Assembly (NCBI GenBank): GCA_003162415.1
Contig: PMOL01000005.1
Location: 53,726 to 117,725, forward strand
Reading direction: 5' to 3'
From: Candidatus Dormiibacterota bacterium
GTDB taxonomy: Bacteria; Chloroflexota; Dormibacteria; Aeolococcales; Aeolococcaceae
Length of the DNA stretch: 64,000 nucleotides
Part shown: positions 17,672 through 28,388 of the stretch, piece by piece
Layout: each line of letters starts with the position of its first letter
How positions within the stretch are numbered: position 1 is the first letter of the stretch
The notes under the pieces: generated by a model
Told to the model about the DNA's origin: nothing
Seen by the model: the letters and a program-made list of their open reading frames with translations, nothing else
Database searches by the model: none
Program-made: the position numbers and the translations under genes

Positions 17672-17761
17672 ATCTACAGCGCCGCCGCGGGCCGATCGCA
17701 GATTCATCAGGAGTTCTCGGCTCGGTACGCTAGCGTACCGGGGGCCCTAGAATCAAGCGCC

Positions 17762-18580
17762 ATGGCTGCGTCTGGTCGCGCCTTGCAACCGATGGTGCGG
17801 TCACCGTCACCCAGCGACTCCGAAGCTCCTGACGAACAGCGCTGGGTTCGAGAATTCAGTGATCCCTCGCGGGAATGGCGCCGTCTGTTCTCGGAGTTGC
17901 TGGGGACATTCCTCCTCGTCCTCGCCGCGGCGGGAGCGGGTGTCACCGCATCGGCCACAGGCATTCCCATCTCCCGGACAGCCGCTGTCACCGCGCCCGG
18001 CCTCACGGTGATGGCGGTCATTCTGTTCATGGGCAAGGTTGGCGGCGCCCACCTCAACCCGGTTGTGAGCCTGGCGTTCGCCCTTCGCTCAGAGTTCCCG
18101 TGGCGCAAGGTGCCCGGCTACGTGCTCGCGCAGGTTGCAGGCGGCCTGATCGCCTGCCTCTTCCTGTTGGCGGCGGTTGGCCGGCCCGGCACGTTGAGCG
18201 CCACGATTCCCGCCACCGGGCTCGGCGATTTCCGCGCCATGCTTGTCGAGGCGGTGCTCACCCTAGGTCTGGTGAGCGTGATTCTCGGCACGGCGTCAAG
18301 TGCACAAAACGTTGGTGGTTTGTCCGCTGTGGCTGTGGGTGCCTACATCGCGCTTGCAGGATTGTGGTCGAGCCCGCTGAGCGGCGCGTCGATGAATCCG
18401 GTGCGCTCATTCGCGCCCGATCTCGTCCGTGGGGACCTGACGCACACCTGGGTCTACGTTGCCGGCCCAGTCGCAGGAGCGCTGTTGGCGGTGCTCTTCG
18501 CAGTGCTGCTTCGGGGCCGCGGCGGTGACCCCAATGCGAGGCGAGCCGCCGAGGGAGACGCCCCTGCTCCGGGGCGCTGA
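17762..18580 (+). CDS. MIP family aquaporin
   Basis: GAHLNPVVS and GASMNPVRS (NPV/NPV); leaderless TAGAAT-N8-ATG. Confidence 0.92.
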   Translation: MAASGRALQPMVRSPSPSDSEAPDEQRWVREFSDPSREWRRLFSELLGTFLLVLAAAGAGVTASATGIPISRTAAVTAPGLTVMAVILFMGKVGGAHLNPVVSLAFALRSEFPWRKVPGYVLAQVAGGLIACLFLLAAVGRPGTLSATIPATGLGDFRAMLVEAVLTLGLVSVILGTASSAQNVGGLSAVAVGAYIALAGLWSSPLSGASMNPVRSFAPDLVRGDLTHTWVYVAGPVAGALLAVLFAVLLRGRGGDPNARRAAEGDAPAPGR

Positions 18581-18583
18581 GCA

Positions 18584-19339
18584 TCACTCCAGGGTCATCA
18601 GGAAGTCCGCCGGGTTTTCGTAACTCGGATTCGTGACCACGCCCGCGCCGGCAACTTCGGGGTGCGTGCGACGCGCGTTGATCAGCACGCTGTCGGGCAA
18701 GGAGCGTGTGTCGTAGCTGCAAACAATGGTTGCCGGAGATGATGCAAACGAGAGATTGATCACAGACTCGTAGCGGAACCATTCCGCCAGCTGCGTCTCG
18801 GATAGCCCGGTCCACACCGGCTCTGCGATGATGCGAACCCAGGGAGCACCACGTGCGAAGCGCTCCCGCACGAACGTGCGATATCCGCTCGCCGCATCGC
18901 GGAGGGAGCTGTACCACTCCGCCGCGTCCAGGAACTCGACGTGCCGAGCATCGTCCCCAAGCGCGCCACGTACAAGGCTCATGTGACGCTTCGCCGTGAC
19001 CATCAGGAGACAGTCAGAGCGCGCGATCCCCTCCGTGAGAAACGGAATCGCGGTCGCCAGATACTCGTCGTCGGACCCATACTCGAGGATCCGGTGTTTC
19101 AGGAGCCCGGGGGAGACCGTGGCTGCGCCGCCCACGAGGTAGTCGACGCTGACCCCGAGTGCACTCGCGAGCGCAACCAGGCTGCTGGCACGGACCTCCT
19201 GGCGGCGGCCGGATTCAATCTGCGTGATCGCCGCGACGCTGAGGCCCGAGTGATACGCGAGCGCTTCGCGGTTCCAGCCCAAACGCTCGCGCGCTGACTT
19301 GAGCGACTGCCCGACTCGAGACGTCCCCATGTTCTCCAT
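18584..19339 (-). CDS. XRE HTH fused to MEDS sensory domain
   Basis: LKSARERLGWNREALA..QIESG..LGVSVDYL; YGSDDEYL..PFLTEG, RYES.IN, CSYDTRSLP..THP. Confidence 0.8.
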   Translation of the reverse strand: MENMGTSRVGQSLKSARERLGWNREALAYHSGLSVAAITQIESGRRQEVRASSLVALASALGVSVDYLVGGAATVSPGLLKHRILEYGSDDEYLATAIPFLTEGIARSDCLLMVTAKRHMSLVRGALGDDARHVEFLDAAEWYSSLRDAASGYRTFVRERFARGAPWVRIIAEPVWTGLSETQLAEWFRYESVINLSFASSPATIVCSYDTRSLPDSVLINARRTHPEVAGAGVVTNPSYENPADFLMTLE

Positions 19340-19431
19340 TTTCCACTCAAGGTACGAGCCGACTTGCAGAGAGAGTTCTGGTATTATGTCACATGACGCC
19401 GTCAATTGACTGAAACGGAGCAAACCGAGCC

Positions 19432-20583
19432 GTGGGCGACTCGCGCAAGGAAGGAGCTTTGGACCACGCCAGCCAATCCACAGAGAGGGCCGATCGTCAC
19501 GCTCGCTGGGTCGCGATGTGGCGGGAGGCGGTTCGCACGAGCCACCTGGCGATTGGCCTCGTCCAACTTTCCACGACGCGCTTCGTCGAGATATCGGATA
19601 AGGCGGCGGAGCTTTTCGGGACAACGCCCGAAGCGGGAGTCGGCCTTGACTACCTTTCGGTCTCGGAACGCCCGCAGGAGGCCGCTCAGACCTTCCGGTT
19701 GGTCGGGGAGCGGATGCTCGACGGGATCCGGGGCCGGCGCCGCTTCAGGAGGGCGGATGGCTCCAGCGTCGAGCTGCAGATCTCGGGTTGGGCTGTTCGT
19801 TCCAGCAACGGTCCCGACCTCGGGCTCCTGATCGCCTCCGAGGTTTCAGAAGCCGACAACGCAGCCATCGGTGGAGACGTCGTCGCCCCCAATTCTCGGA
19901 GCAGGCCCGGCTTCGACTTTGACGACGTGCAGATCACGCTGAATGACCACTGGTGCATCGCGTACGTCAGTGCGAACGCCGGCACGGTCCTTGGACGACC
20001 CGCTCGCGAGCTGCTCGCGTCGTCCATCCTTGAGCTCACGCACCGGGATGACCTGGCCGCCCTGCTCCTGGCGTTCGCGCGGGCAACCACCGACAGGAGC
20101 GCCGATGTTCGAATTCGGCTCCGCAAAGACCGCAGCTGGCGAACGGTTCAGGCTGTGATCGCCGCCCTCGAGGGCGACGGCAGCTTGCCCTTCTCGTTGA
20201 TCGCCATGCCGTCGGTCGAGCCCTACGCACAGGACTCCACCGGGACCAGCCAGCTCGCCGGGCACCTCCGGCGAATTGCAGCGCAGATCGAGGCAGCGGG
20301 CGCCCTCGCCCCCCTCATCGAAACGGCCGCGCACCTGGCTATTCCAGCCGCTCCCGAGCTGTCGCCGCGCCAGTGGGAGATCGCATCTCGCTTGCTCGGC
20401 GGAGAGCGTGTGCCGACCATCGCCGCGGAGATGTACCTGAGCCAGGCCACGGTGCGGAACCACCTGAGTGCGATCTTCCAGAAGTTCGGAGTGCATTCCC
20501 AGCGGGAACTCCTCGCTCTGTGGCGCGGTGGGGTGAGAAGGCCCATCCCACCAGGAGATACGCCAATTAGTCACCGGCTGTGA
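19432..20583 (+). CDS. PAS-domain LuxR-family regulator
   Basis: PAS-like segments; LSPRQWEI..IAAEMYLSQATVRNHLSAIFQKFGV. Confidence 0.85.
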   Translation: MGDSRKEGALDHASQSTERADRHARWVAMWREAVRTSHLAIGLVQLSTTRFVEISDKAAELFGTTPEAGVGLDYLSVSERPQEAAQTFRLVGERMLDGIRGRRRFRRADGSSVELQISGWAVRSSNGPDLGLLIASEVSEADNAAIGGDVVAPNSRSRPGFDFDDVQITLNDHWCIAYVSANAGTVLGRPARELLASSILELTHRDDLAALLLAFARATTDRSADVRIRLRKDRSWRTVQAVIAALEGDGSLPFSLIAMPSVEPYAQDSTGTSQLAGHLRRIAAQIEAAGALAPLIETAAHLAIPAAPELSPRQWEIASRLLGGERVPTIAAEMYLSQATVRNHLSAIFQKFGVHSQRELLALWRGGVRRPIPPGDTPISHRL

Positions 20584-20753
20584 TCGGCGAAGGGCAATGG
20601 GAATCACGTCGTCGCCGTGACACTCCGTCTATACCGGCGTGATACGTCGTCTACGGCGATGCGACCAGTGGGGGCCCACACTGGTTTGGATGACGGCTGT
20701 CAGCGAGTCGCATCGGTTCACACCAACTCCTTCGCGACTCGACTTCGGGCTCC

Positions 20754-22874
20754 ATGACTGACGTGGTACGAAGGCTCAACCCAAGCAGACTGGCCGCTCA
20801 CGCTGCGGCCCTGCAGGAAGGGAAGCATCTCTACGAGTCGCTCTTCGAGCGCAGCGCAGTCGGGCAACTCGTCATCGACGTCCCGTCGTTCCGAATCGAC
20901 GTCGTCAACAAGGCGTTCTGCGCGATGGTGGGATTCGGCGTCGACGAACTGGTCGGCGAGGACATCGCCGTGATATTTCCGCTCGGACAGAGCCCGGCCA
21001 ACGATATCCTCGAGCGGGTCAGCGACGCAGCGTCCGAAGGATATGTCGCGCAACGATTTCTCCAGCGCCGGGACGGCACCATCCTTCCTGCGCTCGCCAC
21101 CACCGCAGTGATGCGCGATGACGATGGTCGAGCCTTTCGACTTCTCGTCAGCCTTCAAGATCAAACCCGGCAGCGGGCATCCGACAACCTGGAGTGGCGC
21201 AGCCAGGCGCTGATCGATGGCGCGATCGCGGCACTGCCCATGACCTTCACGGCTTTCGACACCAACCTCCGGTTCACGTATGTTGCCGGCGGCCTGTCGC
21301 AACACGGAACGGTTCCCGAGGTATTCATCGGGAGACACGTGCGCGAATTCACGTCGCACCGACCAACGCTTGTGGCGCTTCGAAATGCTCTCCTGGGATA
21401 CGAGTCGACCACGCGGACGGTGGTGGATGGTGAGACCTACCTCAGCCTGCACGGACCCATACGCGACGACGCCTCCACGGTGATCGGGGTCATCTCCGTC
21501 TCGACCAACGTCACCGCCGAAGTATCCGCCGAGGCAACGCGCCAACAAGCTGAAGACCTTCTGCTGTTCATCGCGCAACACGATCCTCTTACCGGGCTTC
21601 CCGGCCGTTCGGCGCTCATCGAGCACCTCAACACGATGGCCTTCACCGAGCAAGGCCCAGGGTCGCTGCTTCTTGTCGACATTGACGATTTCAAGCTCAT
21701 CAACGAAGGCATGGGACTGCCTGCGGGCGATGCAGTGATTCTGGAGGTGGCCAGTCGCCTGTCGAAAGCATTTCCGGGGGCGGTGGTCTCGCGAAACGGC
21801 GGCGACGAGTTCGCGGTGGTCCTTCCTGCTGACTCCGTGCCGGCCGATGCCACGGCCGCAGCTGAAGTCATCCGCACCGTGCTCGGCGCGGATATGGATG
21901 TGGACGGCCGTCTGCTCAGGGTGACCGCAGGGGTGGGGGTTGCAATCAGACAGATGGTCGGAGCGTCGTCGACGCTCATCGGCAATGCTGACTGGGCGTT
22001 GTCCCGGGCCAAGGATGCGGGCATTGACCAGTGCCGCGTGTATGACCGAGCCATGCGTCTGGAGGCGGAGAATCGACTCGTCATCCAGGCCGGACTGCGC
22101 GTTGCGCTCATGGCCGGCCAGCTCACCGTCGCGTATCAGCCCATCGTCGATCTCGGTCGCCGCCTGACGGTCGGATCCGAAGCCCTGCTCCGGTGGACTC
22201 ATCCTGATCGCGGGGCAGTCGCGCCGGGGGACTTCATCCCGATCGCCGAGCAGAGCGGGCTGATCATTCAGATCGGACAGTGGGTGATGACCACCGCGTG
22301 CGGGGATGCTCGATCGCTCCAGCTCGAGCACGGAATCCAGCTCTCGGTGAACATCTCGGTGCGACAGTTGACGGGTGGCATGTTCTGGGATTGGCTCGAA
22401 CAGGTTCTCGAGCAGACCATGTTGCCGCCGACCGCGCTGACGGTCGAGGTGACTGAGAGCGTGCTCATGGATGATGTCCCGCACATTCGACAGACGTTCG
22501 AGCGGTTGCACTCTGCCGGAGTCAAGGTGGCGCTCGACGATTTCGGCACGGGGTATTCGTCACTCGCGCGTCTGAGCAGAGTCCCTGTCGATGTGATCAA
22601 GCTCGATCGTGCTTTCGTCACCGACATCGACAAGCGGATGGAATCGCGCCATATGGCATCCGCAATACTGGGATTGAGCTCCGCAATCGGAGCGACCATG
22701 ATCGCCGAGGGCATCGAAACCGAGGCTGAGGCCGCAACGCTGCGCGACCTCGGCTGCGGTCTCGGCCAGGGGTTTCTCTTCGCCCGCGCCATGTCCATTG
22801 CTGATCTCACCGATCGCGTTGCACTGGAGGCTGCCACTGAACGAGCTCGTGACGTTCCGCCTAGGTCCGCGTGA
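20754..22874 (+). CDS. PAS-PAS-GGDEF-EAL c-di-GMP enzyme
   Basis: HDPLTGL, GGDEF, YQPIV..EALLRW, DDFGTGYSS, AEGIET. Confidence 0.93.
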   Translation: MTDVVRRLNPSRLAAHAAALQEGKHLYESLFERSAVGQLVIDVPSFRIDVVNKAFCAMVGFGVDELVGEDIAVIFPLGQSPANDILERVSDAASEGYVAQRFLQRRDGTILPALATTAVMRDDDGRAFRLLVSLQDQTRQRASDNLEWRSQALIDGAIAALPMTFTAFDTNLRFTYVAGGLSQHGTVPEVFIGRHVREFTSHRPTLVALRNALLGYESTTRTVVDGETYLSLHGPIRDDASTVIGVISVSTNVTAEVSAEATRQQAEDLLLFIAQHDPLTGLPGRSALIEHLNTMAFTEQGPGSLLLVDIDDFKLINEGMGLPAGDAVILEVASRLSKAFPGAVVSRNGGDEFAVVLPADSVPADATAAAEVIRTVLGADMDVDGRLLRVTAGVGVAIRQMVGASSTLIGNADWALSRAKDAGIDQCRVYDRAMRLEAENRLVIQAGLRVALMAGQLTVAYQPIVDLGRRLTVGSEALLRWTHPDRGAVAPGDFIPIAEQSGLIIQIGQWVMTTACGDARSLQLEHGIQLSVNISVRQLTGGMFWDWLEQVLEQTMLPPTALTVEVTESVLMDDVPHIRQTFERLHSAGVKVALDDFGTGYSSLARLSRVPVDVIKLDRAFVTDIDKRMESRHMASAILGLSSAIGATMIAEGIETEAEAATLRDLGCGLGQGFLFARAMSIADLTDRVALEAATERARDVPPRSA

Positions 22875-22915
22875 TAAGACGTCTATTCCGTTGATGCCAC
22901 ATAGCGCCCAAACTG

Positions 22916-23776
22916 GTGGTCGATGGCGCCCGCACGTACAGACGACAGCCGGTGCGACGCGATGATAAGACGGACCTGCCGCCGAACCGTCCTCGGTTGC
23001 TGCTTGTAGTCCGGAATCCGCGCTCTCTATTTGGCAGGCTGAACATAACAGGCACTGACGGCATACCCCAGCGCGAGAATCGCATTCTCGCCGCCCTTCC
23101 CGTGGTGGAACGACTGCAATTGTTGGAGGCGGCGAGCAGCGTCACTCTCGAGGTTCGAACCGTGCTGTTCGAACCGGGTGGCCCGATTGACGCTGTCTAC
23201 TTCCCGACCGACGGGGTCATCTCACTGGTCACTCCGCTGTACGGCGGTGCAGTCGTCGAGGTGGCCACCATCGGCAACGAGGGAATCGTCGGAGTTCCTC
23301 TCGTCCTGCCGGTCGGCGGCTTTGCGGTTCGAGCCATCACGCAGGTTGCCGGCCATGGCCTTCGGCTCGAGGCCGGTGTCTTCGTCGAATGGCTCGGGCA
23401 CAGCCGCGCCTTCCAGACGCTGGTCGAACGGTATACACAGGCGCTGTTCGGGCAGATCGCTCAGGCGGCGGCGTGCAATCGGCTCCACTCGAGTGAGGAG
23501 CGCCTCAGCCGCTGGCTCCTGATGAGCCACGACCGTGTCGAGGCGGATGACTTCATGATCACGCAGGAATTGCTTGGGCAGATGCTCGGGGCCCGGCGCT
23601 CAACAGTGTCGGTCTCCGCCGGCATCCTTCAGCGCGCTGGCCTCATCAGGTACACACGAGGACATGTGACCATCGTCGACCGGGATGGCCTGGAGAGCGT
23701 GTCCTGCGAGTGCTACGCGGTGATCAAGCGGGAGCTCGATGGGGTCTCGCTGAGACCGCTGCACCCTGACGCCTGA
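22916..23776 (+). CDS. Crp/Fnr-family regulator
   Basis: VYFP..GVISL, IGNEG, ACNRLH..ERL.RWLL, TQE.L.QMLG.RRSTVS; start uncertain. Confidence 0.9.
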   Translation: MVDGARTYRRQPVRRDDKTDLPPNRPRLLLVVRNPRSLFGRLNITGTDGIPQRENRILAALPVVERLQLLEAASSVTLEVRTVLFEPGGPIDAVYFPTDGVISLVTPLYGGAVVEVATIGNEGIVGVPLVLPVGGFAVRAITQVAGHGLRLEAGVFVEWLGHSRAFQTLVERYTQALFGQIAQAAACNRLHSSEERLSRWLLMSHDRVEADDFMITQELLGQMLGARRSTVSVSAGILQRAGLIRYTRGHVTIVDRDGLESVSCECYAVIKRELDGVSLRPLHPDA

Positions 23777-23829
23777 CGGTCGACGTACTCTTTGCGGCGT
23801 CGTCCACTCGCCCTACCCAGGGGACTGCC

Positions 23830-24477
23830 ATGAACACTGATCAACTGAGAGCCGCCCTCGACGCCGCACTTGCCGACCGCCAGCTCCTCACGCATCCCTT
23901 TTACCTTCGCTGGGAGGCGGGAACGCTGCAGCCCGGCGAGCTCGGTGCGTATGCCGCGCAGTATCGCTACTTCGAAACGGCGCTGCCCAGCCTGCTCCGA
24001 GGCATGCTCAGCCGCCTTCAGCCGGGTCCAGCCTCCGACCTCGTGTCGCAGAACCTCGCCGATGAGGAAGGCAACCCGGAGCCGCACGTCGCTGCGTTCG
24101 CCCGTTTCGCGGACGCGGTCGGCGCGGAGAACGCGCCAGCCACCGTTGGCACCGAGAGGCTTCTCGACGCCTATCAATCGCTCACCGCGTCGAGCGGCGC
24201 CGAAGGATTGGCCGCGGTTGTCGCGTATGAGATGCAGGCACCCGGGATCGCCTCGTCCAAGGCGAGCGGACTGCGCCGGCATTACGGGATCGATGTGACC
24301 GGCACGTATTTCTGGGATATCCACGCGACCATGGACGTGGACCATGCGCAGTGGGGGATCGAGGCGCTGGCAGCCCTCGACATCCCGGAACGCCGGGTTG
24401 TCGGGGCTGCGCGCGCCGCCGCCGATGCCTGGTGGGCCTTCCTCGACGATCGGGAGTCAGCGGCACCGCAGGCGTAA
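23830..24477 (+). CDS. CADD/PqqC-like heme-oxygenase-like diiron protein
   Basis: HPFYLRW.AG, NLADEEG...H, YE.Q.P.IA..K..GL, YF..H...DVDH. Confidence 0.82.
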   Translation: MNTDQLRAALDAALADRQLLTHPFYLRWEAGTLQPGELGAYAAQYRYFETALPSLLRGMLSRLQPGPASDLVSQNLADEEGNPEPHVAAFARFADAVGAENAPATVGTERLLDAYQSLTASSGAEGLAAVVAYEMQAPGIASSKASGLRRHYGIDVTGTYFWDIHATMDVDHAQWGIEALAALDIPERRVVGAARAAADAWWAFLDDRESAAPQA

Positions 24478-24505
24478 AAGCGGACCGCCTCCAGGCGGGC
24501 GGCAG

Positions 24506-24985
24506 TTACTTCGCCGCGACGTCGGCGAATCGGCGGAGATAGAGCGGCCATCCGGACTCGCCGTCCACGCCGTCGCGGACCGCGTCCCAACCGTTGCCGT
24601 GGCGGTCGAGGTTCCGGTGCTCGAGCTCGACGCGTGTGCGGTTCGGCGTCTCGGCGATGAATCGCACGTCGACCTCGCTGGTTTTCTCGATGTCCGTCTC
24701 GATCTGCCACTGCGGGCTGATATCCCAGCTGATCACGACTCGGTGCGGCGGCTCGTACGCGAGCACCCGCGCCCAGCGACACTCGCTGCCGTCGACACCC
24801 CTGTCGTAGACATGGCCGCCCTCGCGCGCCTCGAAGATCGTCTCCGCGATATCCACGCCAAGGATGTTGTGCTCGGGCGGCTTGAAGCTCCCGAAGCCCG
24901 TTGTGAAGACCGAGAACGCGCGCTCGATCGGCGCCTCGACGACGATCTCGTGGCGGATGGACGTTGCTGCTGCTGGCGTGGTCAT
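24506..24985 (-). CDS. SRPBCC/AHSA1-family protein
   Basis: VEAPIERAF.VFT, WARVLAYEPPHRVV.SW, TRVELEHR. Confidence 0.9.
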   Translation of the reverse strand: MTTPAAATSIRHEIVVEAPIERAFSVFTTGFGSFKPPEHNILGVDIAETIFEAREGGHVYDRGVDGSECRWARVLAYEPPHRVVISWDISPQWQIETDIEKTSEVDVRFIAETPNRTRVELEHRNLDRHGNGWDAVRDGVDGESGWPLYLRRFADVAAK

Positions 24986-25302
24986 GTCTTCTCCTCCTCT
25001 GGTTGTTCGACGGCGGACTTGTACGCCGTCATTGCACTGGTCCAAAACCGGTCGAGCTCTGCACGCAGTTCGCTGAGACCGTCCGGATTGATCGCGTAGA
25101 TGCGGCGGTTGCCGGCGGGCTGGTCGACGACCAGCCCCGCCTCTTTGAGCACCCTGAGGTGCTGCGAGACGGCCGGTCGACTCACGGGCAGGCCCTTGGC
25201 GAGATCGCCGACTGCATAGGGGCGTTGGGTGAGCCGCTCGAAGATCGTCCGTCTGGTGCGATCGCCCAGGGCAGACCATCCGGCAAGTTGGTTAGTCGCC
25301 AC
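24982..25302 (-). CDS. ArsR/SmtB regulator
   Basis: ALGDRTRRTI..L, VSRPAVSQHLRVL..AGLV; ATGA overlap with SRPBCC. Confidence 0.92.
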   Translation of the reverse strand: MATNQLAGWSALGDRTRRTIFERLTQRPYAVGDLAKGLPVSRPAVSQHLRVLKEAGLVVDQPAGNRRIYAINPDGLSELRAELDRFWTSAMTAYKSAVEQPEEEKT

Positions 25303-25306
25303 GCAC

Positions 25307-25339
25307 CGTAAGCTACCACTTACGATCATCGGGTGTCAA
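25307..25339 (-). promoter_or_regulatory. ArsR promoter (TTGACA 25339-25334) with operator CGTAAG-N6-CTTACG
   Basis: Palindrome 25307-25324 overlaps -10 TAGCTT, 7 nt before GTG. Confidence 0.65.
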
Positions 25340-25350
25340 CGCCACCCAAC

Positions 25351-25387
25351 AAAAGAGGGCCGCCTCCAAGCGTTTCGGAGGCGGCCC
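25351..25387 (-). terminator. nrdJ terminator
   Basis: gggccgcctcc/ggaggcggccc stem, T-run on minus strand. Confidence 0.8.
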
Positions 25388-25415
25388 GGGCGAGAGGGGA
25401 GGAGGTGCTAAGACG

Positions 25416-28319
<2,904 letters not shown>

Positions 28320-28388
28320 TGTGCAGAGACGTGTGCTGGACGGCGCCCTGGCGACCTCAAGCCCTGATCTCCGCGTACTGAGATCACT

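Noticed and set aside
17243-17761. Long N-terminal extension of the aquaporin (445-aa ORF)
   Set aside because: Overlaps the minus-strand receiver gene; leaderless start at 17762 fits better
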